64,000 nucleotides of DNA, from NCBI RefSeq assembly GCF_963921235.1, contig NC_086108.1, positions 5,642,001 through 5,706,000 on the forward strand, read 5' to 3'. Source of the DNA: Mobula hypostoma. Taxonomy: Eukaryota. Shown here piece by piece: positions 13,260 to 25,981 of this stretch (position 1 is the stretch's first letter; each line of letters begins with the position of its first letter). The notes under the pieces were generated by a model. That model worked only from the letters and a program-made list of their open reading frames with translations. It did not search any database and was not told where the DNA came from. The position numbers and the translations under genes were made by a program.

Positions 13260-14625
13260 AGGCAGCTCATTCAGCTTTATATAGATTGGGATGCCCTACG
13301 GGCCAGGGCACATAGGATCTGTAATGGAAGCATTCTGGACCACACTGAGAGATGTATTGGGGCTTGAGCTAGATGAGATGCCTCTTGAGCTGCAGAGAGA
13401 AAAATTGTGCCTTGCATACTGGATTTCACTGTATGGTGTGGGCTTGTCCCATTTGATGAATTCTGCTTTAATGGGGTTGTTGGGATTATACTAGCAGAGT
13501 TGATAAATGTTTTGGATGGATAATTAGGGAAAATGTGCAATCGTATGGTCTTGGGGATTTGCAGATTAGCCAAACAGTGGCCTGGCCAGAAGTTGTACCT
13601 GATGTGGGAATAAGATTTGCTGTCTCTGGGGGGATAGATAGGGTTTTGTGGATGGCGAGAGGGGGTGGTCATCTGTAGAGGTATTTTTCTTTTTGGCTTA
13701 TCTTTACAGATGGTTCCAAAGACCCAGTTAGTTACTGGGTGAACTCTTGGGATATTTATCCCTTGGTTTAATGTTGAGGTGGGGAGAAGGCTGACGGATG
13801 GGTTGTCCGTACAGCAGAATTTATGGCCACTATTGTTAGTCTGCAATAGGTTGAACAAGTTAAGCCAAACAGGGCAGTGATCTGCTCAGACTCTGCCCCG
13901 GTACTGCAGAGTTTGGAACTGAAGCATTCAAGGAGACCTCGTCTGTTGACGGAAGGGTATTATAATCTATATGTTCTAGAGAGTGCGGGAATAGTAGTAA
14001 AGTTTTGTTGGGCACCTGTACATGTGGGTGTATCAGTAATGAAAGGGATTATGCTATAGCAAAACAGACTAGGTCTGAGGTAGGTATTATAGTCAATATG
14101 TGATGAAGCCAAATCTTGTATTAGATTGGCTGGGATTGGAAAATGGCTGTATTAGTGGGATAGGAGTGGGACAGGGAGGAGGTTTTACAATCTGTTTCCA
14201 TCAGTCCCGGTGAGTTACCTTTTGGGAAGGAATGGAGGGAAGATGTATGGTTGGTAAGACTGAGGTTAGGATATATGAGTTTGCACTCCACTTTGGCACT
14301 TGTTGGTAAGCACGGGAATGAGTGGTATGGTTTTTGTAAGGTCCCAGAGACAGTGGAACTTGTGATCAAGGTGGGTCACGGATACTCACTGGAAGGTGGG
14401 AAGCTGTCCAGCCAATTGTTGGGTAGATCTGGGCACCTAGTTTGTAGGATCTTCTGGTACCTGAGGCAGGGATGGTTAAGTTGTGTAGGGCCCTGGTGAA
14501 CTTTTTAATTAAAACAGGTTTGGGAGGCTAGATCTGATCCCTGAAGTGGCTCCTGTCATTCTCCATTACAGTAGGTGGCAGTAATGCACCTTCCTGATAG
14601 GTGCAAGTCACCATTAGCACAAAAG
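13260..14625 (+). mobile_element. I/Nimb-clade LINE remnant (RT C-terminus, RNase H, zinc-knuckle region)
   Basis: ELDEMPLELQREKL..AYW; RNase H-like ICSDS...V.F.WAPVHVGV; RLRLG...STLALVGKH...C.VPETVE; 3' motif CAGTAGGTGGCAGTAATGCACC. Confidence 0.7.
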
Positions 14626-14652
14626 AACAACAAGACACTCAGTCCTGATGGC

Positions 14653-14977
14653 CAGTGTTCCCTCTAATTAGTTTTACAGATGTGTGGACCAACCATTGAT
14701 CTCAGCAGGAAATTTTTACATGGCCAGAAAACTGCATGACACTTTAAAATATGCATACTGTGAATATTTAGAATGAAAATTGAAAAATCACATTCTTTTG
14801 AATTTATTTATTGATTGCAGGATATAATGAAATACAGTACAACAAAGAAAATCTTACACGTTTCGTAAACATTTTCTTGTCTGTTTTTATTCAAGCTGCA
14901 TGGTAACAAAGGCTATGTGCACGGGGGCATTTTAGTTATAACATGGCCATGTGCCATGCAGTTTAGAGGGAACAGTG
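14653..14977. mobile_element. hAT-like MITE
   Basis: TIRs CAGTGTTCCCTCTAA / TTAGAGGGAACAGTG with a degenerate 8-bp TSD ctgatggc/ttgatgaa. Confidence 0.7.
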
Positions 14978-15014
14978 TTGATGAATGAGAATCGGGTTTA
15001 ATATCACTGACAAG

Positions 15015-16800
15015 TGCTCAGTGGCTACTTTATTAGGTACACATTTCACCCACCTGTTAAGGCAAATATCCAGTCAGCCAATCATGTGGCAGCAACTCAA
15101 TGCAATAAAGCATGCAGACATGGTCACAAGGTTCAGTTGTTGTTCAGACATAAGATCAGAATGGGGAAAAATGTGATCTAAGTGACTTTGACTGTGGAAT
15201 GGTTGTTGGTGCCAGATGGGGTGGCTTGAGTATTTCAGAAACTACTGATCTGTTGTGATTTTCATGCACTGCAGTCTCTATAAACTCACTACTTATTTAA
15301 TTTAACTTTTTAATCAATACAATATCCATATATTGTAATTCACATTTTGTATTATTATGTATTGCAATGTACCACTGCTGCATACCAACAAATTTCATGA
15401 TATATCCCATATTCAACCTAATTCTGATTCTGATCTATACACTACTAAAACTCTCATGCTGTGTCTGACTGTTTATCTGTTTGTGACCTCCAATTAGCGC
15501 AAATGGTGCATTACAGCAGCACTTTTTTTTGGCTAAATTGAATTAAATTGCGCTAACTTACAGAATGCAGGCAAAGTTCAGGGTTATATATTCGTATAAC
15601 ATTGCTCATTCACCAAAACTCAATGGGCTGGCTTTCACCCAAGACCCGATCGGCCATCATGGAAATCGGGATGCAACAGCCTGACGCATGCGCACGGCCA
15701 GCCTCAGCAGCGACACCTACCGGAGCAAAAGGGCAGGGCAGCTCTATTTCAAGGGGTCACATTCTGCTAATCACCATCAGCATGTGCAGGATTGGGACAG
15801 ATCAAACTGCCACCCATCAGTAAGAGATAATTAAATCTTATCGCAATTACGTACTTTGAGACACCCATAAAACCCTTTGTTGCAGTCAAAGGACAGCGGT
15901 GACTATATCACGTCCATTTAGGAGAGTGCCAACCACATCATCAAGAATAATCAGCATCCTTTGGTGTTAGTGCTTTGTATCTTCTATCCAGCATTAGGGT
16001 AAAAAATGGTCAGCCTAATTATGCCACGTGGAAAGGGAAGGGGGACATTATGGTCAAGAGATGATGCCAAACGTTGTCAGGAAGTGGCAAGGAGAGGGAG
16101 AGAAGAAGAATTGGATGAGGCCAGGGCCGCACGACTCCAGGATCAAAGAGTCAGGACAAAAAAAGATGAGAGAAGAAGAGACAGAGGAGGAGAGGCATGC
16201 ACGTCTCCAGGATCAGAGACAAACAATAAACAGCAGAAGAGCTGAAGAGATGGGGGATGAAAGGGCTGCACATCTCCAGAAGACAAAAACAGGCACAGAA
16301 GGAGGAGAGAGGAAGAGACAAAGGAGCTGAGGAATGCACATCTCCAGGATCAGAGATGAAGAACAAACAGCAGAAGAGATGAAGAGACGGGGGATGAAGA
16401 GTACTTCGTTAAATGAGGAGGAGCTATATTTGCTTTGCTATGCGTCGTTCTTCTTTAATAAACTGAGGTTTTCTACTTCAATTTCCAAAGCAAAGCGATA
16501 CCAGTAGCATTCAGGAAAATTTAATGTTCATTCTGGTCACATCAGACTGCACTACCCCTCTCTCAAAGGGTGCCCCAATGGGTCACCCCATTGTCTAGTT
16601 CTTTCTAAAGTTGTTAATGAGAGAGGTCAGAGGAGAATGGCCAGACTGGATCAAGCTGACAGGAAGGTGACTAACTCAAATAATCTGCTTTCAACAGTGG
16701 AATACAGAAGAGCATCTCCAAATACACAACACACATACAACCTTGAAGTGATGGGCTGCAGCAGAAGATCACGGGCATACATTCAGCCACTTGATTAGCT
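15015..16800 (+). mobile_element. Tc1/mariner remnant split by LINE-tail and Helitron insertions
   Basis: Terminal CTCAGTGGCTACTTTATTAGGTACA. The N-terminal transposase remnant (DLSDFDCGMVVGAR at about 15175) resumes at about 16610 (VNERGQRRMARL-QADRK). Confidence 0.7.
15434..16598 (+). mobile_element. Non-autonomous Helitron
   Basis: A|TC start (TCTATACACTACTAAAA), CTAG|T end, GC-rich hairpin 16568-16588 ten nt before the end, and no TSD. Internal ~69-nt coding-like repeats. Confidence 0.8.
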
Positions 16801-17059
16801 ACAGGGGATTCATGGACTATTCAGAAATCTGATGGCAGATGGGAAGAAGCTGTTCCTGAATCATTGAGTGTGTACCTTCAGGCTCCTATATCTTCAAACT
16901 CCTAATGAAATATAGCTGCTGTCCTGCTTTCTTTATGGTTACATCAATGTGTTAGGCCCAGGACAGATCTTCTGAGACGTTAAGCATCTAACTGGTTGCA
17001 TACCATCTCATATGGAGAGGCCTCTGCACAGGATTTGAAAAAAGCTGCAGAAAGCTTCT

Positions 17060-19705
17060 CTGCACCTCTGATTTTTGAATTTTCTCTCCTCTTACAAAAT
17101 ATTTTATGACTTTATTCCTTCTTCCAAAGTGCATGGCTATACACTTCCCTATATTATATTCCATCTGCCACTTCTTTGCCTATTCCCTCAATAGAAACCA
17201 TAGAAACCATAGAAACTACAGCACAGAAACAGGCCTTTTGGCCCTTCTTGGCTCTGCCGAACCATTTTCTGCCTAGTCCCACTGACCTGCACATGGGCCA
17301 TATCCCTCCATACACCTCCCATCCATGTATCTGTCCAATTTATTCTTAAATGTTAAAAAAGAACCCGCATTTACCACCTCATCTGGCAGCTCATTCCATA
17401 CTCCCACCACTCTGTGTGAAGAAGCCTTTAAACTTTTCCCCCCTCACCCTTAACCCATGTCCTCCGGTTTTTTTCTCCCCTTGCCTCAGTGGAAAGTCCT
17501 CACTGTCTATAAGCCCTTCTGCAGACATCCTGTTTCCTCAACACTACCTGCCCTTCCACCTATCTTTGTATTGTCTACAACCTTGGCCACAAAGCCATGA
17601 ATTCCTTCATGCAAATCATTGACATGCGGCGTGAAAACACCGATCCCTGTGTCGCAGCACTTGTCAGCAGTGGCTGACAAACAGAAAAGGCTCCCATTGT
17701 TCCTTTTCTTTGCACCCTGCCAGTCAGCCAATCCTCTATCCATTCCAGTACCTTTCCCATAATACCATGGACTCTTATTTTGTTAAGCAGCCTCATATGT
17801 GGCACCTTATCTGAAAATCCAAATAAACAACACACACTGACTCTCCTTTGTCTATCCTGTCTATTATATTTGCTCAAAGTATTCCAACAGATTTGTCACG
17901 CAGGATTTCCCCTGCCCAATGCTGATTTTGGCCTATTTTATCATGTGCTTCCAAGTATCCTGAAACGTCATCCTTAATAATAGACTCCAACATCCTTCCA
18001 ACCACTGAGGTCAGGGTAACTGGCCTAAATTTTCCATTCTTCTGCTTCCCTCCCTTCTTAAAGTATGAAGTGACAGTTGCAATTTTCCAGTCCTCAGGAA
18101 TCATTTCAGAATCCTATGATTCTTGAAAGATCATTACTATTGGCTCCACAATCTTTTCTGCTACCTTTTGCAGAACCCTGGGGTGTAGTCCATCTCATCC
18201 AGGTGACTCATTTACCTTGAGACCTTCCAGCTTCCCAAGTATCTTCTCCCTGGTAATAACGACACTTCCTTCTGCTAGTGTTTTCCACAGTGAAGACTGA
18301 CACAAAGTACTTATTAAGTTCCTCTGTGTCATGGGCCAGTCCATGAAGTCCATATTCCAGTTCACGGTCTAGTCCATCGACCCTTGCTCCAGGTTTTCCC
18401 ATCTACCCTGTTTCTGTTCTTGTTGAACTCTAATTGAGCCAGCTGATGCTCGTTGGGGCTGGCTGCATAAATACCTTCAGAGACCAGGGCGTGGCTGCTG
18501 GATTGTTCTTGTCCTTACTCCTTGTATCCCTTCCTCTGCCTTCTGTTTCCTCACCTGAAGCCCTGCCTTGTCTTGACGGTAACTCTCGCCTTGCCTGAAG
18601 TTCTCATCTCACCTTGCTTTGCCAGAAGCCTTGCCTTGTCTTGTCGGTAACTCTCGCCTCACCTGAAGTTCTCGTCTCGCCTTGCTTTGCCAGAAGCCTT
18701 GCCTTGTCTTGCTGGTAACTCTCGCCTCGTCTGGCCTGCAGACTTGTCCTGGAGCCACCCTGTACCTAGCTCCCTTCCGCTCCCTTCCTGTCCCTTGCCT
18801 CTGCCCAGAAGCCTTGCCTTGTCTTGCAGGTAACTCTCGCCTCACCTGACGTTCTCGTCTCACTTTGCATTGCCTGAAGCCTTGCCTTGTCTTGCTGGTA
18901 ACTCTCGCCTTGTCTCACCTGCAGTCTTGTCCTGCAGCCACCCTGTACCTAGCTCCCTTCCTGTCCCTTGCCTCTGTCGGGTGGTGATCTGCGCCCTGCC
19001 CAGGAGGAGCTTGCCTAGCCTCAAGCCTGAAGACTCCAGCCTCCTGCCAAGCCTCGCCTCCAGCTTCAAGCCTGAGGACTCCAGCCTCGTTCTGCCTGTC
19101 TGCCAAGCCTCGTCCTTGCCTAGTTCTGGGGTCCGAGCCAGAGGCAAGACCCAGGTACTGGGTCCTTGTTCAGTCTCTGGCTCGGAGTCCAAGCCCGGGC
19201 TCCTAGCTCTGTCCAGTCCTGTTCCGGGTTCCCAGTTTTCGTGTCCATGTCCTAACCCTCTTGCACCTGGGTCCGATCCCAGACACCGTCCTTGCGACAC
19301 TCTGCCATATTTTTGACCCCATTACTACCTCTCCAGTGTTGTTTTCTGATGGTCCAATATCCACCGTTATCTCTCTTTTACTCTACATATCTGAAAAAAA
19401 AACCTTTTAGTGTCCTCTTTTATATTATTGGCTAGGTTACATTCATATTTAATCTTTTTTTCTCTTTATGGCCTTTTAGTTGGCTTCTGTTGGTTTTTAA
19501 AAGCTTCCCAATGCTCTAACTTCCCACTAACTTTTCTTACTTTATATGCCCTCTCTTTTGCTTTTATGCTGTCTTTGACCTCCCTTGTCAGTCATGGTTG
19601 CCTCATCCTCCCTTTAGAACATTACTTCATCTTTGGGATGTATCTTTCCTGTGCCTTCCGAATCGCCCCCAGAAACTCCAGTCATTGCTGTTCTGCTGTC
19701 AAGCC
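17060..19705 (-). mobile_element. CR1 fragment with nested CR1 tail and solo LTR
   Basis: DKVPHMRLLNKIRVHGI and PEDWKIATVT...FRPVTLTSVVG motifs. The element continues on both sides of the LTR. Confidence 0.8.
18327..19299 (+). mobile_element. Solo LTR (Gypsy-like) with internal tandem repeats
   Basis: TGTCA...GCGACA termini with a perfect 5-bp TSD CTCTG (18322-18326 and 19300-19304). TATA-like CATAAATA. Repeated GAAGCCTTGCCTTGTCTTG..GGTAACTCTCGCC units. Confidence 0.85.
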
Positions 19706-20169
19706 TGCTAGTGACTCCCACCACCCAGGACGTGCCCTCTTCTCATCGCTACCATCAGGGAGGAGGTACAGGAGCCTGGAGACACACACTCAATGATTCA
19801 GGAACAGCTTCTTCCCCTCTGCCATCTGATTTCTGAATGGACATTGAACCCATGAACACCACCTCACTCCCTTTTTATCACTTTTTGTTTTTGCGCTACT
19901 TGATCAATTTATTTTTTTAAAGTATATTGTCTTATTGTCATTTGTAATATTTCAATTCTTATTACTTAAAAGTTCCTTAACGTTGTGATAGCTGGCGATG
20001 GTACTTCTTTCAAATGTGATTGGAATCTGTCACTTTCATTCTGATGGTGTGTTTTTGGGCTGGTTGAGTGATTCTGAGGGGAGTTCGGCGAGGTCTCCAG
20101 TGGAGTGTGCAGCCTGTGATTGACACCATTTCTCGCCAACCTTGCTGATACAAGGCGCTGTTTACTTCC

Positions 20170-22320
20170 AGGGCGTCTCGGGAAAGGCCAGCTCCTGCAG
20201 CACGGCTTGATGGAGACTGTACCATTAAATATTCCCGTTTCAGCCTGATACAGCTGAGAATCACAGCCGCTTCCGAGGACTGTACGGTTAGTAAAGTTGT
20301 CTTAATGCGATTGAATAAACTATCTCTGCCTAAGACCAATGCCGACTGTGGCCGTACTTCTCGTCGGATTCCCCGTGGCTGCAGGTCAGGGAAACAGGTG
20401 CGGTTAAGAAACCGGAGTTTCAGACTCCCATTCCCGACTACCTTGTTGGCAAGAGTAGTCTCCAGTAAATAAAATCGGTGATCTCAGAGCTCGGGTGCTG
20501 TATCAGAGGGGCATTAGGACCACGTGCATCCTTTGTTTCATGGAATCCCAGTTAACCCCTTCCATACCGGACACAGCGATCAGATTGCTGGGTTCACTGT
20601 ACACCATCAAGATAGGACTATCGAGTCTTTCAAAACTCTCTCAGAGCTGGAGGTGTCTGCCTCATGATCAGCTCTTCTTGCTGCACGAGTGTTATCCCAA
20701 TTCTGCTCGGCAGAGCTGGAATATCTCGCAATTAAGTGCCGTCCATTTTACCTGCCGCGGGAGATTTCAGCGATCGGTTTGGTACCGGTGTACATTCCAC
20801 CTCAGGCCAATGACAATCAGGCTTTAGATTATCTGAGCAATGGGATCAACATGCACGAAACAGCGCACCCTGACATTTTCACCATTGTTTTGGGAGATTT
20901 TAACCAGGCCAGTCTAAAAAAAATCACTAAGCAATTATCATCAACAGATCACTTACAACACCAGAGGAAACAACACACTGGACCGTTGCTACACCACCAT
21001 CAAGAATGCCTACCGTGATGAAGTGCTTTGACAGGTTGGCCATGGCTAGAATGAATTTCTGCCTCAGCAAGGACCTGGACCCACTGTAAACTCATCATTG
21101 CCACAATAGGTCAATGGCAGATACAATCTCGATGGCTCTTCACACAGCCGGAGATCACCTGGACAATGCAAACACCTATGTCAGGATGCTGTTCGTCAAA
21201 TAGGGAAGCATTTAACACCATCTTTTGCACAGTCCCAATTGATAAACTAGAGAACTTGGGCCTCTGTAACACCCTCTACAATTGGAAGAACAAAACTGTG
21301 TGGATTGGTGATAACATCTCCTCCCTACTGACGATCAACACTGGTGCACCTCAGGGGTGTGTGCTTAGCCCACTGCTCTACTCTGTCTATACCCATGACT
21401 GTGTGGCTAGGTATAGCTCTAATACCATCTATAAATTTGCTGACGATACAAGCATGGTTGGTAGATGGAGCTGAGAGAGCGTACAGGAGTGAGATATACC
21501 AGCTAACTGAGTGGTGTCGCAGCAACAGCCTTGCACTCAATAAGACCAAAGAGCTGATTGTGGTCTTCAAGAAGGCTAAGGTGAGGGAACACACACCAGT
21601 CCTCAGAGAAGGATCAGAAGTGGAGAGAGTGAGCAGTTTCAAGTTCCTGGGTGTCAAGATCTCTGAAGATCTAACCTGGTCCCAACATATCAATGCAGCC
21701 ATAAAGAAGGCAATACAGTACCTATATTTCATTTGGAGTTTGAAGAGATTTGGTTCATTAAATAAAACACTAGAAAACTTCTATAGATGTACTGTGGAGA
21801 GCATTCTGACAGGCTGCATCACTGTCTGGCACGGGGGGTGGGGTGGGGGAGGTACTGCACAGGACTGAAAGGAGCTACAGAAAGCTGTAAAATTAGTCAG
21901 CTCCATCTTGGGTACCAGCTTCCATAGTACCCAAAACGTCTTCAAGGAGCGGTGCCTCAGAAAGGCGATGTCCATTATTAAGGACCCCCACCACCCAGGG
22001 CATGCCCTCTTCTCGTTATCGTCAGGAAGGAGGTACAGGAGCCTGAAGACACACACTCAACGATTCAGGAACAGCTTCTTCCCCTCTGCCATCTGATTTC
22101 TGAATGGACACTGAACCCGTGAACACTAACTGGCTTTTTAAAAATACATATAATTTCTGTTTTTGCACTATTTTAATCTATTTATCTTACAAAACTGTAA
22201 TTTATTTATTTGTTTACTACTTCTAAATGATGATGTTTTGCATTGTACTGCTGCTCTGCTAAGTTAGCAAATTTCATGACACATGCCAGTGATAATAAAC
22301 TCGATTCTGATTCTGATTAA
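20170..22320 (+). mobile_element. Rex1/Babar-type LINE, internally deleted
   Basis: APE remnant IKCRPFYLPRE...LGDFNQA; RT remnant TGAPQGCVLSPLLY...KFADDT; C-terminal HPGHALFS; (ATTCTG)n tail. Confidence 0.85.
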
Positions 22321-24021
22321 AGCATCAAGCACAACATGAACGAGAGCAGAGGATGAGTGTTCATTCGGCGACAGCTGTCTGCTTTTGACCAGTCTCTCTC
22401 TCTCCCTCTCACTTGGTGCTGCCAGAAGATGGTGTGTGTGTGTGTCTGGACTCCCTCTCCCTCTCTGCCCCCGAGGAGGGTGCTTGTATTTGACCGGTCT
22501 CTCTCTCCCTCTCACCCAATGCTGCTGGACGACAGTGCTGGAGTCTTGGGTCTTGGGTGAGGTTTGTAGGGTGATGTAATTGGGAGAAATGTACATAATT
22601 CACAGTCACTGACATTGAGTTGGGGTTTCACATTAAGAAGCTGGTCTGATGTGATTACGTTGTTTCGTAAAGAGTTTCAGTGCACTTTTGTGTTTAGGTT
22701 TTGGAATTCAATAAAATGTGTTATGGGTTTCATTAAACATAAAATCCTCACTTGTGTACTGTGTTTTATTTGTAGAAACCTACAAATTTATTAGTGTAGT
22801 TTGTGGACTGGACTGTATAGTTCATGTTACGATGTGTTTCTGGTTTCTGGCTGCTCCTTTTTTTTAATCACTGTTTTGTGTGATGTTGATTTGGGCGGAC
22901 TGAGCTCTGCAGCCTGCAGTCAACAAACAACACAGTGCGAAACTGAACTGAACGGAGCTAAACTCAACATTGCTGGACTGTTTCAATCACTCTGCGATTT
23001 GATGTTTTATATTCTCTGTTTTTCACTCGTTTTTTTGCCACTTGTGTGATTCGTTCTTTTTTTGCATGTTTGGTGTTTGATGTTTTTCTTTAAATGGGTT
23101 CCATGGTGTTTGTTTCGTGGCTGTCTGTGGGAAGACAAATCTCAGGGTTGTACACTGCATATATACTTTGATAATAAATGTACTTTGATTGTTTGAATCT
23201 TTGGTAATGGGGACAAGCTCCCACTATCTATTAAATGCTCCCATGGCGTGTGCTTCAAATAGCCTCTGACAGTCAAGTCCAGCTCCCGGCCTTCACATGT
23301 GGCCTAGCTACTAAGCCCAGCAGAACTGTTTCTACTGACAGGAGAAGGGGCAAAGGTGGATTACTGGCGCCTTAGGACCAGTTGCTTTGGGCAGCTGGGG
23401 CTCGTCAGCCGTGGTTATCAGCTCATCCAGTGGAAGGCAAACTCTGATCTCAAACCTCCGCTGCCTTGCGGCTACACCCACTCATGGGGAAGGCTTCTGG
23501 AGCAAACTCCAAGGGAAAGTTCTGGAGCTGGTGTTCCTAAGGCAGTCTTAGGTTGAGTTCAATGCTGACTGGCAGCTCCTGTGAAGCTGCTTGTATCAAA
23601 CTGTATAGGTCTCTGTCACTCCTTTGGATTCATCAGCTGTGTGGAGAGGGGGAGCTTGCAACATGAACAACAGCTTGCTGTCCATTTTGTACTGCCCTGA
23701 CTTGCTTAGTAACATGTCGACCATGACTATGATCACCCACGTCATAGAACGTGGCACATAATGATGACAGCTGGGACACAACATCCATTGCACTGTACTG
23801 CTGCCACAAAATAACAATTTTCGCGACATATGCCGGTGAATTTAAAACTGATTCTGACACCCAAGAACTTAAAGCTGCTCACTCTTTCATCCACGGACCC
23901 CTGGATGTGTTCTGGTTTATGTTCTCCTCACTTCCCCTTCCTGAAGTCTACAATCAATCCCAGGCTGACATTGAATGTGAGGTCATTGTAGCAATACTAC
24001 TCAAGCTTCTGTTTTGTTCAA

Positions 24022-24225
24022 GCCGGCTGGTGGCATAGTGGCATCAGCGCCGGACTTCGGAGCGAAGGCTCTCGAGTTCAAATCCAGCCGGCTCCCCTGG
24101 CACACTTTCCGTCCGTGCGGAGTTGAGCATCGGCCTCATAAAAACAAGAAATCTTGCTAAAAAAACGCCATCATGGCAGCATCCCGATGACTCCACTCGG
24201 AGTTAAAGGCTTTCTTCTTCTTCTT
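24022..24225 (+). mobile_element. tRNA-derived SINE
   Basis: A box TGGCATAGTGG, B box GAGTTCAAATCC, complementary ends GCCGGCTG/CAGCCGGC and a (CTT)n tail. Confidence 0.65.
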
Positions 24226-25129
24226 TATGTTCCATTCAAATGTGACAGACCCAACAAAACCAACATCTTCTGTACCATTGTCCCATTGGGCCTGCTCCCA
24301 CTGACACCTCACAACCTGCACCTCCCAGTCTCCACCCAGCTCACAGGATCCACCTGCTGCTCATTCCAGACATATCACCGGCAGCCTATTTAACCCCACT
24401 TCTCATCCACAGTCCTTGTTCACCCATCGAACCAGCTGGCCTCAATCTATTTCTCCTAGCTTTCACACTCCCTGCCTAAAGTTTGCCTTGCTGCCCGTTG
24501 TGTTTAGTGTCTGTTTCTGCTACTTCTCATTTTGCACCCCCCCCCCCCGTGGCTTGTTATTTTGCGGTCTATTATCAAAGTTATCGGATCAGTCACCACT
24601 GCATCGCCTACGCTGCTCTGATTTTGGGTCAAGCCTCCTCTACGTTTGGCCAAACAGCACAGTGAAGGGAGAACAAAATAGATTGCTGGAGGACCAGTTG
24701 TGAGTCCCCATGCAAGGTGTCGACCCGTAACGGTCACCACCCCTTTGCCCCTACGGAAACGGCCTGAGTCGCTGAGTTCCTCCAGCAACAGAAGGCGAAA
24801 GAATTTCAGTATGTCCCCTTTGACCCCTCACCAACTTTTCTTGGGGCACCATATCTGGATGCACCATGGCTTGGCATGGCAACTGCTGTGCTTGTGACCG
24901 CAGAGTACTGTGGACACAGCTCAGCAAACGGACCAGCCTCCCTTCCATGGACTCTGTCCACATTTCCTGCTGCCTCTGTAAAGCAGCCAGCAAATTCAAA
25001 GACCTCACCCGCCCCAAACATTCTCACTTCCTCCCTCTCCCATCGGGCAGAAGATCGGAAAGCCTGAAAGCACATCCCACCAGGCTCAAGGACAACTTCT
25101 GTCTCACGTTGAATGGTTCCTCTGTATAA

Positions 25130-25510
25130 GGTGACCTCCAAGAGGACCACAGCCTTGCCGCGTTTTGGAGGCTTGCGTGCCTCATTGACCCAGAGCACTA
25201 TGTTGTCTGGAGTCAGGGCCTTGTGCTTTGGCTCGTGGTGGGGTCACCCATGCCAAGCAGGTCAAAGGGTAGAGGCCAGACTAAGAGTTGTTCAGCTCAG
25301 GGCTAACAACACTGACTGGTCAAACAAAATAGTTACAGAAACAGCAAAGAAGAGAATTCTACATCTGAGTGTGACGGTATTCCTGAGTCTCCACCTGGGA
25401 CTTGTATGTCTGACAGCAGTGAAAACTGAGAGGAAGCTACTGACACGATGAAGGAAGCCCTGAACACCACCAGAGATGGAGGACCTTCACTGCTGCCCTA
25501 AACGCCAGCG
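25130..25510 (+). mobile_element. RTE-related non-autonomous element
   Basis: GGACCACAGCCTTG...AGGGTCACCCA 5' motif resembles RTE/BovB 5' regions. RTE-like 3' end (W--F--AL). Confidence 0.5.
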
Positions 25511-25981
25511 AGAGGCAGAGACTGTATAAGATGGATCCTTGATCTTACAATCTACCTCGTTATGACCTCAAACCTATTGTCTGCCTGCACTGCCTTTCTC
25601 TGGAACTGTAACACTTTATTCTACATTCTGTTATTGTCTTCCCTTTGAAGAGACTTAAAGATCTGCTTCATTTTGTCACATGTGCAACAAGGATTAAAAA
25701 GCGTAGAGTGAAATGTATTGTTTGCATCAACCACCGACACAGTCCAACGACGAGCTGGGGGCAGCCTGCGAGTGTCACCACACTTCTGGTGCCAACATGG
25801 CACGCCCACAATTCACTAACCCTAACCTGTGTGTCTTTGTAATGTGGGAGGAAATCAGAGCATGCAGAAGAACTCCACACTGTCACAGGGAGAACGTACA
25901 AACCCCTGCAGACAGTGGCAGGAATTGAGCCCTCCGATCAATATCGCTGGTGCTGTGAAGTGTTACGTTAGCTGCTACGCT

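Noticed and set aside
24022..24095. Possible tRNA gene
   Set aside because: A and B boxes are present, but the anticodon and T stems do not pair properly and it continues into a SINE body with a (CTT)n tail.
24241..24656. Possible solo LTR (TG...CA, TATTTAA box)
   Set aside because: Plausible, but I found no TSD and the right boundary is uncertain, so it is not called.
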